Shown here: in pieces, positions 12,830-26,500 of the stretch
Layout of the letters: every line of letters begins with the position of its first letter
Numbering within the stretch: position 1 is the stretch's first letter
From: Phoronis australis
Lineage: Eukaryota > Animalia > Phoronida
Length of the DNA stretch: 64,000 nt
Direction: 5' to 3'
Assembly (NCBI GenBank): GCA_002633005.1
Contig: NMRA01000229.1
Location: 107,371-171,370, forward strand
Position numbers and translations under genes: made by a program
The notes under the pieces: generated by a model
Told to the model about the DNA's origin: nothing
Databases searched by the model: none
Seen by the model: the letters and a program-made list of their open reading frames with translations, nothing else

Positions 12830-13330
12830 TTGATGCGCCCACATATACATGTACAGTATATATGTGGGTGCATATTGCCGTCCGTCATCTCTGTCTGGCG
12901 TCCGGGCGTCAGTTGTTCGGCGTCCGCAGCTGTATCTCCTAAACCCCTCCCTGGATCTTAATGAGATTTGACAGATATGTTTGTATGAAGTCTACTACAG
13001 AAAACGACGAATTTTGAACTGAGCCAACTACCGTTGTGCCCTCTAGTGGCAATTTTAGTTTTTTACACGCTGTATCATCAAAGGTTCTCAACAGATGTTC
13101 ATGAAATTTGGCGCACAGGCATCAGATGAATTAGTGAGATGACGCTATCCTCCCGTTTTCGGATGACTTCGAAGTATTTTGCGCCACCCAGTGGTTTTCT
13201 TTTACTGTTTGGCGTCTCTATCAACCAAACCACTCTAAGGATGACTGTTGAAACTGGTATATATGTTTTTGTTTAGTGTGATTGATAAAACACCAAAAAT
13301 GCTTTTAAGGATTGAAACGAAAACCCAGTT
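12830..13330 (+). mobile_element. Helentron-associated (HINE/DINE-1-like) element fragment; related copy at ~500-800
   Basis: T-run, then hairpin ATGCGCCCACATATA...TATATGTGGGTGCAT (12834-12873), then CCGTCCGTC-type microsatellite and ATGAAATTTGG-type blocks. 13020-13050 and 13205-13260 align with 690-726 and 525-585. Confidence 0.5.
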
Positions 13331-13666
13331 TAAAATATCATACGTGGGTCATTTCCAAAGATGTGTTTGATACTCACCTTTAGATCATGTCTAATTACTT
13401 TCCAAAAGTTTTCATAAAATTTTCAGGCGTCTTACTGGGCTTTGTCTTTAACTGAGATTCATACAGTTCTTCTTCAATGAGATCATTTTCTAGAAACTGC
13501 TACTGTAGAAAGCTTTTGTGCATTGGCGAATTAAACGATCATTTGGAAATGTCCTTACTCCATTGTATTCTACTTCTTCATTATCGGAGTAAGGTTTTTG
13601 TTGTAATTTACATATTTCACACGCTTGTAGCGTCATGTATAATTTAATCACCATCTTTTAGGGCGT

Positions 13667-13880
13667 TTTAAAGAGGCATAGAACGCGAAAGCTCGACAAA
13701 AATGTATTTTAAACAATTCCTGATGAAAGTACCATCTCACAACGTCTACTACGTAGTCATCAACTTTTCCCTGTGAGGGAATTTCCAGAAAAAGTCAGAA
13801 AATTCACGATCTTTGAAATATGCGCAAAAGAAAAACTGTGTGGTCACTACAGAATTTCAAAACTTCCTCCCACTTCTTAC
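13667..13880 (+). mobile_element. TTAA-flanked (Kolobok-like) MITE fragment, same family as 22608-23001
   Basis: TTAA|AGAGGCATAGAACGCGAAAGCTCG aligns with TTAA|AGGGGCATGGAATGCGAAAACTCG for about 200 bp; right end not located. Confidence 0.5.
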
Positions 13881-15275
13881 GATCATTCGACTAATAGCCC
13901 AGTGAAAGTTATATAATCATCTAGATACCACACGTGTGGTAGTACAGTTCGTTCAGTTTGGAATCTGTTTAGGGTCTCTATTGACTGGGGCACCTGAATG
14001 AAAATAATTTTCTTACTAGCTGGGATTGGGGGAGGGGGTGTATATGGACACACCACATAAAATAGGGTTGTCATATGTAACAACAGATTTCTATCATTTG
14101 GACCTGCAAATGTATGTGAATATCACGTGAATATAACTGAGGGCGATTCTTTTATAATTCAGGAATTTTTCGCGATAACTTTGAAGGTGTCAAAGTAGCG
14201 CACTACAAAATATAATTTCTTTGAAAATCGTCGCTCCACAAATTTCCAAAATAAAAAATTGACGGTTTACTGCAAAAATCTGAGTGCAGCTCTACAAACA
14301 CTTCTAAGCTAGTTAGCGAAGGAACATTTTGTGAAGTTACGAGGTAATTACATGTACAAACTCCGGTGATACCTTCAGTAGTTTTCAAGAAGAAAAAAAC
14401 AGTTGACGAATATTGTCGAAATTAGTCTAGCCTTTCCGATGTTTTGGCGAAAACTGTAATGAAAATACGCATAAGATGTATCGAAAATCGATAGAGAATT
14501 AGTAGACATTTCCAATAATTTTGGCAACAACAGAAGAAAAATATTTCCTTCTGCCTAAATAAGCTTAGAATCTCGAAGAGAGTCAAAACAAAGTCCAAAT
14601 ATTAGCCACGGTTAGATAGATGACAAGGTTTGGCGCTCGCCATTCAAATCGTGCAGCGTGCATGTAGATCGCCTTTTACAAGTACGACGTTAAAGTTCTC
14701 AAACATAATATATCTAACTACAGCGTACTCATCGGTATAAACCCTGAGGTAAGAATGAACCAAAATTAGCGAGTCACACCTACATACATGTCCAAGCTTT
14801 ACTGAAAAAGATGTATTTCTATCTACACTGTGCATCCCATCTTTAATAGATTAATAGATAGGCTGCATGCTCGTAGCCAGCATTGCGCAAGGGGTTGTTC
14901 GAATTTCTGGAACGGTAGACCTTTGATATTTTGCAAAGGTCGACCCGGGATAGTTTTCAGTAAGGCCCTTGAAGCAACTTAATTATGGAGAAGGGAAATA
15001 TGTATACACAACGATGACTCTCAGTTTTTGTTCCTGAGATGAGACGGAAATGGGGATACCGTGACGGTTGCTCGTAAAAAATGGGAGTCAAATTCAGATA
15101 TGTAATGTAGTCCAGAAAGAGAACGTTCTCGCGCTACCTTCCGTCAAACTTTCAAGTCATGCGTGCTTAAATACATACTCAGACTGAATTTTTTAGTCTG
15201 AGAATGACTTGACGACATTTTTATCTGGTTGTACATGTATTTTTGCGTGTTACGTACACGTACATCGCTGGAAAT

Positions 15276-16658
15276 GGGAACGGTCCACTTTTTCCTGAAG
15301 GTTCACCACTACGAAGGTTCACTACACCGAAAATATCTAAAGTTTCGAACCCAGGTTTAATTTTTATACTTTTGCATGCAAAAGTAAACGGTACTTCGGT
15401 TATTAGATGCACTGAGTGGTGTACCTATACCGAAAACAACATACGAAATTGTCCGCATGTCTTATGAATACGGAAAGCTAAGTACGTTCTTCTATTTTTA
15501 AAAGGATACCAAACCCGTATTTGGCCTATTGACCGATACTAAAAATGACTTTCCCATCCAGTTCTCTGAAACAAAATAACACTGACTGTAACCATTGGCA
15601 ACCCTCAAAAGTTTGTTGAGAAACTTGAAAACTCCTTTCAAAGTTTGCTAAACGGGCAAGCGTGACCTACGCTTTTTGAGAATTACACGGCAACTGTGGA
15701 CATGTCCACTCACCAAGCACCATATTGTCCAAACTGTGACATGGGGTTCGTAAATTATCAATTGATTCCTTCCTTAACAAGGATTCTGAAACCTATTTTG
15801 AGGATTTCAACCAATCCTCGTTCTCTCACTTGCTGATGAATCATTGGCATCAATCTCGAAAGATAAAGTAAGAATCAACTAAGATTTCGTACCCACTATC
15901 GCACGAATTGGACATTGTGGCCTTTGGTGGGTTGCCGTTTCCCACAGATGCCGCGTAACTCTCTAAAAGCGTAGGTCACGCTTGCCCCTTTAGCAGATTT
16001 TGTAAGGGTTTTCTGATTCTCCTCTTAACTTTAGAGGAATGTTGAGCCGTTACAGAGAATTGTTTTGTTCCAGAGAACTGGATGGGAAAGTCATTTTTAG
16101 TATCTGTTAATAGGACAAAACCGGGTTTGGAATACTTGTAACGTGGAAGATTGTAGCCAGCGACGCATTAGCAGGTGACAGAACGAGAGTTGGTGGAAAT
16201 CATCACAGGGTTTAGTATCCTTTTAAAAAGATTACGAAATAGGGATATCGATGAATTATTACCTCATCCGACGGAACCGCGCTCACGGCCACTCGAAAAT
16301 AAATGTAGTTAGAAGGATATCCTGTCTCTGCCAGTCTTCAAAAAGTCAGAGAGTCCCATTCAGTCTTCTCGAATTTAAAACCGCCGTTGGTCGCCGCAGC
16401 CCTGACCCTTGCCTCAGATGTTGTCCCTGCTTGAGAATGAGTCGTTAGTTCAAGACTCACGATTGGCAGCAATTGGAACTGAGCTCATTTGTAAACAATG
16501 TAATCAATGTTTTAAGAACTATTCAACTCTTGCATACCCTTTGAATGGTTACTAAATGGACACAAATATTTCATTCATGTCAGTTCCAACTCATTTAGCA
16601 GACAGTCCGATTAATGAACCTTTGGAGTAGTGAACCTTCGGAATAGTGACACGTAACC
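15276..16658. mobile_element. MULE-like non-autonomous element with subterminal CCGAAGGTTCACTA repeats
   Basis: Inverted tandem GAAGGTTCAC motifs at 15290-15330 and 16605-16650; GG..CC ends; flanks CTGGAAAT (15268-15275) and TTGGAAAT (16659-16666). Confidence 0.55.
15502..16222. mobile_element. TTAA-flanked foldback MITE (Kolobok-like) nested in the MULE-like element
   Basis: TTAA|AAGGATAC...GTATCCTT|TTAA; ~190-bp imperfect inverted arms 15502-15690 and 15950-16135. Confidence 0.65.
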
Positions 16659-18646
16659 TTGGAAATCTTTTCCTTCAAGTTAGTTGCTCGTATGAAGTCT
16701 GCGAGTCTGTGCACCATTGTCACTGATTGCCAAGGAAACACTTTCTTCATTGACCAAAGTTTTATTAGGTCTACATGTAGACCTGCTTTTCCCTAATACT
16801 GTGAACTTGCTCGTTTCCTCAGTGCAAGAACACACGGTAGTTAAATGTTTGGTTTTTGTTTGAGGACTGCCTGTAGTGAACTTACCATCAACGTGTACTG
16901 GATTTAAAGGAATGAAAACGCACACCCGTGTACACGCTCATGCATGTCAATCCCCCAATCCACAATCAAAGTGGATACTGGATGAACAACAATCATTTGA
17001 CGATCACCTGCAATTCAAAATTTGAAAATGTCTGCACATTACCATACTATGCTAGCAAGTACATGTATATCAAAATAGCAGATAACAATCATATTTTCTG
17101 TTGCTTTGTTTCTTGGTCGATTTAAGAAATTCATGAGAGTTCTTTCGCTGCTTTAAAGCTTAGCTATATATAGTTATAGACACTTACTTCTAGAGTCAAA
17201 GCATCACTGCGATTAAATTTGGTCACGTGACCATGTCTTTAATTACAATTTAGCAAAAAATTACCGGTACTTTGATTGAAAAACAACAGTAGGCAATAGC
17301 ATGACAAAATGTTAATTGACGTAAATGTTCAAGATGAAATCAGTTACAGTTTCTTAACTAGGATTTTTTAATTGGACTTATAAAAGTACTTTTGTTTTTT
17401 CCAGGAGACAATGGCTTCTGCTGTGGCGTAAACTTGTAATATTTTAAAAGTATTTAAATTTTGTTATTTACGGTATCCGCTGTTGAGTTCTCTCCCAGAT
17501 ATCAACTAACATCAATGAAACTGTTAACTAATATTGCCTAAGCTGTTCCTTATCCAAAAGCAAAGTACACGACCCTTGATTTTGCGGGTAAGAAAACACA
17601 ATTCCATCGAGAGTGGACAGGGTGGTAATCAGCTGTGGAGCTAACTTAGGTAACTTCATTCTGCCTCAATTTCAACTCCTTTTCGTTTAAACAGCTATGA
17701 ACCATGTTCTGGTGTAAAAAAGACAACTTTCTTTTGGGAGCGTATTTGCTATTCCAGAGCTGGGTCACCTCATTCTTATCTTTTGTTTGCACTTGGAATA
17801 GCCACAATAAAATGCCCCTGTAATTCCTCAGACCGTCCACTCTACTTCAGTGACCTTACTAACAAAGTTGGAAGCAACTTGAAGGCCTGGTCTGAAGCGA
17901 AAACGACTACTGGATCTCAAACCTCAGGAACCAGTTCTCATCGTACAGTCTAGGTACGTAGCCTAAAGCGCGAATATATTGTGTAGCAGGGATAGCATCC
18001 AGTTGGTGATGACACAACGGAGGGCGTGTATGTACGTGCGGCATGTGCGCACCACATGCCTGAGCTCTGACGAGCGCGAGGGTACGCTGACAGGTGATAG
18101 CCGGGTTATTCCACGTATACTAATGTACAAAATATAGGAACACTTCCATGTTTTATTCACTCAACACTGTTGCTCATTTGAAAGTTTCTTGACGGGATAA
18201 CTCATGCTTTTAATGATGCGTTAAGGTTAAGGACGCTGCTACATGTACGTCTGCATCGGAAGACTCTGACGGCTGTGGATAAAGTTGATGTTCTTAGCAC
18301 CAGAACCTTGTTTATAGCGACTGTAATCTAAGTTGAAAATCTGCTAATATAGGTTGATTTGTGCTGCACACGCAAAATGGCTCTGCGACAACTTTCGGCA
18401 GTGTGTACATGTATCACAGTTGTTCCGCTGGAGTATTCGATTCTCTCGACATAGGCTTACTGTACACTGATGTTTATTTTCACAACACTTGGAGATCGAG
18501 ATTGAATTCGCAAAATCGTTAGTCCATTTTGATTCCCATGATGGTTTTTATTAACAGGAAGAACGCTTTGATTTACGTCGTCAGCGGTGAGGTGTGATGC
18601 TGACAGACATACATCACAACGTCTAACATTTTAACCTCTTTGCAGA

Positions 18647-18729
18647 ATGGCGAGGCGAATATTACCAAGCGCTGTGAGATTAGCAAGGACATTGAGGGCA
18701 AGATCGTTTCTAAAGTGCACAACTAACAG
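18647..18729 (+). CDS. BBOX1: BBOX-like first coding exon, copy 1 (mitochondrial-type presequence)
   Basis: ctctttgcag|aATG; MARRILPSAVRLARTLRARSFLKCTTN; AG|gtacc phase 2 matches exon 21634. Confidence 0.7.
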
Positions 18730-20543
18730 GTACCAACTTTTCTCTGATTTAGTATTATGCAAAAAAGAATATTTCAGGGAGAGCAATGTTGCAGCATTGT
18801 TATCCCTTGCTCCATAACCTGATATACCTGACGGATCGATCTGTAGTGTTTTATTATGCGACAATATGTGCTTCTGTCGAATGTTTTCTTCGTCTATTAG
18901 ATAGGCACGCCATTTNAGTATGAACGCTTAACTCCGGTCCAATCGAAGTTATCGCCAGGTGCCACTGTTATCATCAACAGTTACAGAGTAGTGCCGTCAC
19001 TAATAACTACTTATTTTTGGGTTTAATGATAACCAATCGATTTAAAAATGAGTTTTATGTCATTTAGCACATTTAAATGTTCCAAATTGTCACATTGAAA
19101 AAAATCTTAGCGTGCAGCGCTACCTTGCGATAACTTCGATGACGTCAGGGTCACCAACCCTTTACTTCGATGGTCATTAACTACCGAAGCCAGTATGAAC
19201 GGTCCAGTTAACTGCGCTGTTTACGTCGACGCTCCGCTCAGACCGGAGTTAAGTCAATATGAAAGGGCCTTAACATTTTAACCTCTTTGCAGAATGGCGA
19301 GGCGAATATTACCAAGCGCTGTGAAATTAGCAAGGACATTGAGGGCAGGATCGTTTCTAAAGTGCACAACTAACAGGTACCAACTTTTCTCTGATTTAGT
19401 ATTATGCAAATAAGAATATTTCAGGGAGAGCAATGTTGCAGCATTGTTATCCCTTGCTCCATAACCTGATATACCTGACGGATCGATCTGTAGTGTTTTA
19501 TTATGCGACAATATGTGCTTCTGTCGAATGTTTTCTTCGTCTATTAGATAGGCACGCCATTTCCTGCTTTGGTGTACTGCCTTTGTCTTTTCATTAACGT
19601 CGTATACATGATCATGGGTTAATGTTTTCTGCAGCGCATCATTAGGAACCTCGACATTTGATCATTTGATGTGCGAGCAAATGTAATGATAAATGACATT
19701 TCATTGTCACCCGGAAAGTATTACTTCATAACTACAGTCGTCACACTGTGTTTTAACCAATCAGAGGACAGAGGAATCAGTAGTCATATACTATACACAA
19801 ATATGGACTGGCCATGAGGGTGATATCAGATAATACTGCTCTCCTGATAAAGTGAATATTACCTAACATTCTCGAGGGATCTCTGACTTTGTTTTATTCT
19901 GCCACTGGTGATTCTCTCCTCTGATTTCGTCGTCGCTTATTAAACTTTGGTGTACTGTCATCGTCTGCTCGTATGGTTTACACAGTCAGGGGCTTATGTT
20001 TTCTGCAGGTTTTAATTGCTTAGATCACCGATTGCGACAAATGACCCCGCGCGGCATGAATGAAAATAGTGATATTTATCTGCTAGCTGCTAACATCACT
20101 TCATATCCAACGTTATTGTACAAGCTTTTAGCAAATAAGAGAGCAGTACTACACCGGCATTCAAGTGCGTTCCCAACTAAGTTTTGTGACCTGGTGTAGG
20201 ATGTTATTGCAACGACAGACATCAGCACGTCCCCAGAAATGACAAGTTAGCAGAGTTTTTATATCTCACGGTTTCGTTGTGTCTTGAAGGGAGGGGTGTC
20301 CCTGCCTAAACTACATGTAAATCCACACATGTCCACACAAGCAATCTTAGCCAGGGAAAGAGCAAGATGCTGCACGCTCTGGTCCTTGGTAGTTATTGGC
20401 GAACTGCACGGCGGTTGAGAAACTAGAAACCGTGTCCCTAAAGACCCACGACAGAAGGCGATATGAACTTGCAGTGTACTTGTTCATTCCAGAAAAGGAA
20501 CAACTTATGAAGTCGGCGAATTTCAGTCAGTCATAAAACCGGA

Positions 20544-20582
<39 letters not shown>

Positions 20583-23500
20583 NNNNNNNNNNNNNNNNNN
20601 NNNNNNNNNNNNNNNNNNNNNNNNNNNNNNNNNNNNNNNNNNNNNNNNNNNNNNNNNNNNNTGACTACTGACAAGTACATTTAAAAATTTTTCTCACTTG
20701 TAATTTGGAAAAAATATCTCTCTTTTAAAACTATTAGGCGTTTTGCGAGAGGTACCTGCCAGTCTCTTACTTGCTCAAGTGCTAAGAGTCAAAATGGGGG
20801 AGCTGCGCCCAAATTTTGAAGAATTCGCCATATTTTGTCCATATGACAATTTGAAGTTGTTTTTCGTTCCCGAAGCCAAACAATATCAACATCATTAATT
20901 CATGTTTCCATGGATACTAAGGTACCTGTTAGGTCCTAATACCATAAATTACTTGTAGAACCTGGCGATGTTTTCTTTATTCTTATGGAAATCAAAGTAG
21001 TCAATAGACTTTTGATACTAGCAAGGTCAACGTCAATGCTTTCTTGATAACTTCTCTAATGTCCAGAAATTTACATAGCAGGCATGTTTGTGCGAAGTTT
21101 AATGAGAAATCTACAGTATTTTCGATGTTTTTAAATACTCTGTAACTTTGATTTACATGCATGATTGCTTATTAATTACTATACATCGTGAGAAATCGTA
21201 CATGTAGCTCTCAAACCACATGACAGAATCTCAGACTTTTTGGCACGATTCTTTATATTTAATGCTCAATTTGTTCTTGATACTTTCAAGACGATGTAAT
21301 TGTATCCAAGATTTAAAAATCAACATTGTTTTTACAAATGACCTCTTTGAAGTGCTTTTCGACCTTGATATAGGTCAGTCCATTTTGACTTTAATAAACC
21401 AAATTTGCATGCATAATAACGCTCTAGTTAGCATAAGCACTGAGCCTCTCGGAACACCTAATACCTGATGGATTATGGGATATCGCTCAATTTCAAGTAT
21501 ATGCAGGGTGTCGAATTTAGTTTCAACAGCTACAAGATTGTTCAATGTCAGGTTCCCCAGATTAATTATGAATCGCTGCTATTTTCCCTAAATATGTACA
21601 TAACATCGTGGCAACTTATTTTTAATAATTTAGCCTGGACTACAAAGTACAAGTTGAAGCTGCGCGACCATTCACAACGTCCGTGATTAAAAGAACACCA
21701 GCCGAAATAGTTTCGATTACGGAGACTGCAGAAGGCGATCTCTCGTTCAGGTGGAGTGACGGAAGCAGTGAAGAGTTCCCGCACGTGTTCCTTCGAGACA
21801 ACTGCAGCTGTGATTCATGCTTCGAGAAATCTAGCTTGTCAAGGCTGTACAATTGTGTCGACATCAATATAAAGTCTCATTCAGTACAAGTAATTTCACC
21901 AAGAAGCAATCCATTTGCTGAATAAAATGTCCTATTTGTAGCTGAAGCTGTTATAAGAACCACATTAAGCTCAGATTTAAGTTTTTACACTCAAAATAGA
22001 TTTCATAGTAACGTCATAAAGTCTTGCAGCGTTTTATATTAGCGCCCTCGCCCTTCTTAGAGCGCACTTATACCCGGAGGGCACTGATGAAATGGAGTGG
22101 CAAAAAGCTTAGAAAGGGATCTATAGAGACACAAAAATCTAAACCCAACTGTAATTTTGGATAAACCTATTAATGAGCAGCAACAAAAATTTACTAACGT
22201 TATCTTGATTTTTTATCCCTTGTATAGTAAAATTCCTTTCGTTTTCTATTTTCTGTCATTACAGTTGAGCGGCGATGGGCAGTCCTTCGCCGTTGAGTGG
22301 CCTGACGGACACAAGAGTGTGTTCACATCTGATTGGTTAAAATCGAACAGTTTTGAGCCTCATTCTCAACAACGAATGAAAGACGACATGTTATTCGAAC
22401 CACCGAGAAACAAGTTATGGGGGAAGGAAATGGAAGACAAACTCCTCCGAATTAACTTCAACCAAGTAATATCTCCGTCCTAACCTCTGTGATTGTTTAG
22501 ATGTCAGAGGTGATAAGCAGGGCTAGAGCACAGTTAACTTTGATCTACTGGAATGGTACAATTGTTTATCCATTTATAAATTCAATCTTTGGAGGTTGAC
22601 GCTTTAAAGGGGCATGGAATGCGAAAACTCGTAAAAACACCATTTAAACAGATCGTGACGAAACTGCATCTTTGGGATGCTAACGTAAAAGTTATTTACT
22701 TTGAACAGAGCAAAATTTTTTTAAAAATCGTCAGATTCATTACTTTTTAAAACAGACAAAATATAAACTCTTTCATCAAAATACAATTTTCCAAATTCTC
22801 CTCCCCTAATAATAGATATGCAGGCATGCGCTCAAAGAACTCGGACTGGCGTTTTTTGAAATTTGTAACTAAATGAAATGTGCTTTGACACCAACAGGCA
22901 CACACCGTAGAAATATCTGATGAACAGTATGGCGTCAGTCTCGGTGACAGGGAACCACCTCGATTAATGCAATTCAGTCTGTTTTTACTTTCTATGCCAT
23001 TTTAAGAACTACAAATCATCTCGAGCGCATTGAATTACATCCGCACTTCACATGCCACCTGACCGATCAATACACGGTCTTTGTGGATTTCAGGTAATAA
23101 CTAACGACGGCAGTCTCGAGGCATTTCTGTCAGAGCTTGTCACCACAGGGATAGTAGTTCTGACGGACACTCCACCTCAAAAGGAGATGACGAAGGTGCT
23201 CTGTGATCGGGTAGCCTTCATCTCTCCGACACACTACGGGTAACTGCAGCTCTATCATTTCCCTATCACAGTTGTCTTATCAAATAATTTCAGTAGTTTC
23301 ACTTTCAAGTAACTAATCGAAAACACTTAAGTGCTTTTGTGTTGGCTTCCGTCGCAATGACGTCGCAGAATGCATTGAATTTTGATTTTTTCAGTTTTCA
23401 TCCAATGGTATATTCAGTGCTATGACTGATGGGTTTTTTCTTTATGTTTTGTCCAATTTATGAGGAAAAACAAATCTTTCTGCACCTGAAATACGCGGTG

Positions 23501-26500
23501 CGAAGCTGAGACCATTAACGTGTCTACCGGTAATTTTCGTTAACAAGCCCACCAATACAGGCCTATGGGGCTGTATGTACTTTATGAACCACAAGTAAAA
23601 TTGCCCACGGTTTTCAGAGTTAAAAATTACGTGATGTCCTAAGATACTCACACGGACTTTCCTTCATTGTAGGCATATCTATGAGGTGTTTGCAAAAGAA
23701 AATCCCAGCAATTTCGCGTACTTGAGCTCCGCCTTACCACTCCATAACGACATGGTTTACGACGACCCGAATCCTGAGGTGAGAAACGAGGACGCATAAA
23801 CCACTTTTTGTTAGTAGATAACGGCTTCCATTCGCGAATAACCCGAAAGCAATTTCTTTTGATGTCCGATACTAAATGTTGTGACATGTTCGTTTAGCGA
23901 GTTCAGGATGGTCATGAATTCCGAGGACATTTGTACTTACGACGAAAAAAATCCCTTATGAAACAGAATCAACGAATTCAATCCCATAGGTCACGACTTG
24001 GTATCGCATAATCAGCCTCACCAAGCATTCATTTCCTTGCCCGCCATTTCATTAGGATAGATTGCTAGTAAGCTCTAAGTCACGAACTGCGAGGTCTTGA
24101 TTTTACCGCACAAAACTAGGCATGCGGAGTGTTTTCCAGGGTCCCGTTCCAAGAAAACTGACTTAGCTAAGACAGATCTTAACTTTCAGTCAATTTTAAT
24201 ATAAGACTTAAATCTGTCGCATGATCATTTCAAAAAAGGGATCTTATGTTCGACTTAAGGTTTTGACCTCACTTTTGTCTTAATTTTGATTATCTTATCA
24301 GATGTAGAAGTTTTAAAGTTCGGAATTTCAGACAAATCTTAGACTTAAGTAAAAAATGAACTTAAGTCAGTTTCTTGGAACGGGCCCCCGGTCTACTGCT
24401 AAAAAATTCTAAGCTAATTCTCGGTCCGTGAAAGGATGTGAGTATGTACATGTAAACAGAGTTTTGGACATTTCCTAAACTAAGGCATCCAAAACCTTTA
24501 TATTGATGGGGTATCTTTAAATTTATTGTTTCAGGTTCAAATATTTCACTACATTAAGCAGTGCCACGATGGGGGTTCAAACACTTTGAGCGATGGTTAC
24601 AAATCGGCAAGACAGTTGGAGGCGGAGAATCCCGAGGCTTACAGACTGCTGATTTCAAACCGCTTGGAATACTTTGATAGAGGAAATGACCCTTTTATCG
24701 GAGATTTCTTCTACTGCGCATCAAAACCACCTATCGAGTAAGTAGGTCTAGCTATTAAAAGTTCAAGTAGGTCCTGCAAATCGTTATATCAAAACCTATC
24801 CCCACGGTGCTTGCAAGATACATGTACGCTCGTTTGTAACGTTCCAAGCAGTAAAAAAAGGAAATCTGCCTCCTCTGTGTCTGTTGAGTGACGGATTTAC
24901 TGCCTTACTGATGATGGCTTCTATGACGCCTCTTTCGATACTTCAAATTTCAACACTGTCATTATCGAACTCGTCATCATTAGCATGATGGTGTCTATTC
25001 ACCGCCAACGGTTCGGAAGAGGTTTCAAGGAGTCAATCTTCGGGCATTGGGATCCGTTACTCAGTAGACGCAGAGGTGGCAGGTTTGCTCTATCTACATC
25101 GTCGACCGCTACTGTCGACCGTATCTCGCAATGGCACAGCGGGAAGCTCACCCTCTCACGCTATTCTAATCATTCCATCATTCCTCAAGATCGGCACTGA
25201 GCGCTACGCTCCGAAGGATTAACGATTTTTCGTTCCGTAGTTCGTTGTCCTGTTGAAAAGATTTAATTTTTCTTTGATTAGCTGGATAAAGATTTACATT
25301 TCAAAAATGTGGTCGTAGAGAATCAAACAGAATCGGAGGAAGTATCAGTGAGGAATTCTGGGAAATGGTAATGAGCTACCTGTAATATTGGGACGTGGTA
25401 TGGTTATCGGTCAGCAAACACCGAGATGTCGAAAGTGAATTAGTAAGACGGATTCATTGAAATTTTCAGCGGGTGTGTCCCGCAGCGCAACGATACGCGT
25501 GAGAGGCATTTGCGGTAATCTTTGTTCAGGGAACGGAAATGATTGACTTTCTACCAGAATGTATATGTAACGTTCTAACAGATCAACCTCTTCGTTGCGG
25601 CCATTTAAGAACCAATTTCTGACGGCACCTATACGGGTGGTTCTACATCGACCGTCACAGATTTTTCTGAAACTTTATGAGAGCTTGGTCTACACCTATA
25701 TATGCACTAATTCACCTTTGTTTTTTCTGAAACAAACATCGTTTTTATTCTGGTCTTGCAAAAATTGCTTTTCTCACTCTTATTTCAATAAAAAGCTGGC
25801 AACTTTGCAAGACTATTGACACATCTTAAAAGTATGGAATAACTATGATTTTTTCTGCGCATGCATCTGATCTTAAGATCCAGAAACACATTTGATACTT
25901 AAGATAGACATTTAGTATTTAAGTACTGGCTTTTCAAAAAATGAGAATTTATGTGAGTTTTCAACAAGCTGATTTTGGCTATTTTCAATGAGAAAGCGAG
26001 CAAACTAGGATATAGCACGTGTAAATGTGAAACCAGTGTGATTTGGTAGCATTGGTTAGTTTAGCGATGGAGCAGTAGCGCGAAGGATGTGGGATAAGAA
26101 TGGATGTGGTGATGATTGTGGAGCTTCCGGTGGGCGACTTTGGTCCCTCAACAAATTACAAAACGCGGTTATACCCATGCAACAACGTTTGCGTGAATAA
26201 CACATTGTTATTCAGGTCAACCCCTGAAATACACTATATTAGAGTGTAGCATTTAACTAGAAAACATACAGCTTTCACCTTTCAACAGGGTTGGGTATGT
26301 GTTATTTTTGAAGAGTTGTGTAGTTAACTCAGCGAAAATACGTTTTAGCCAGAAGAACCGTTGGCAATGTTTGCTTGAGCGACCGCGCGAAAACGATCTT
26401 GAGTGCATAAACCATTTTGCCACTTATATGATATGGATTTTCTGGATCAGTGTGCAACCAAAAAGCTGCCTTTGTTAGATAACTCTCATATGACTGGCGT

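Noticed and set aside
17404-17431. Acceptor followed by ATGGCTTCTGCTGTGGCGTAA as the BBOX start
   Set aside because: Stops after 6 codons; at most a UTR exon or uORF without further support.
24909-24940. CTGATGATGGC...GCC and the similar minus-strand motif at 30180-30212 as hammerheads
   Set aside because: The required GAAA after stem II is absent.
25282-25371. LDKDLHFKNVV... as an alternative BBOX exon resembling LDDKG
   Set aside because: The acceptor is phase 0 but phase 2 is needed, and the similarity does not extend; 27846-28006 fits.
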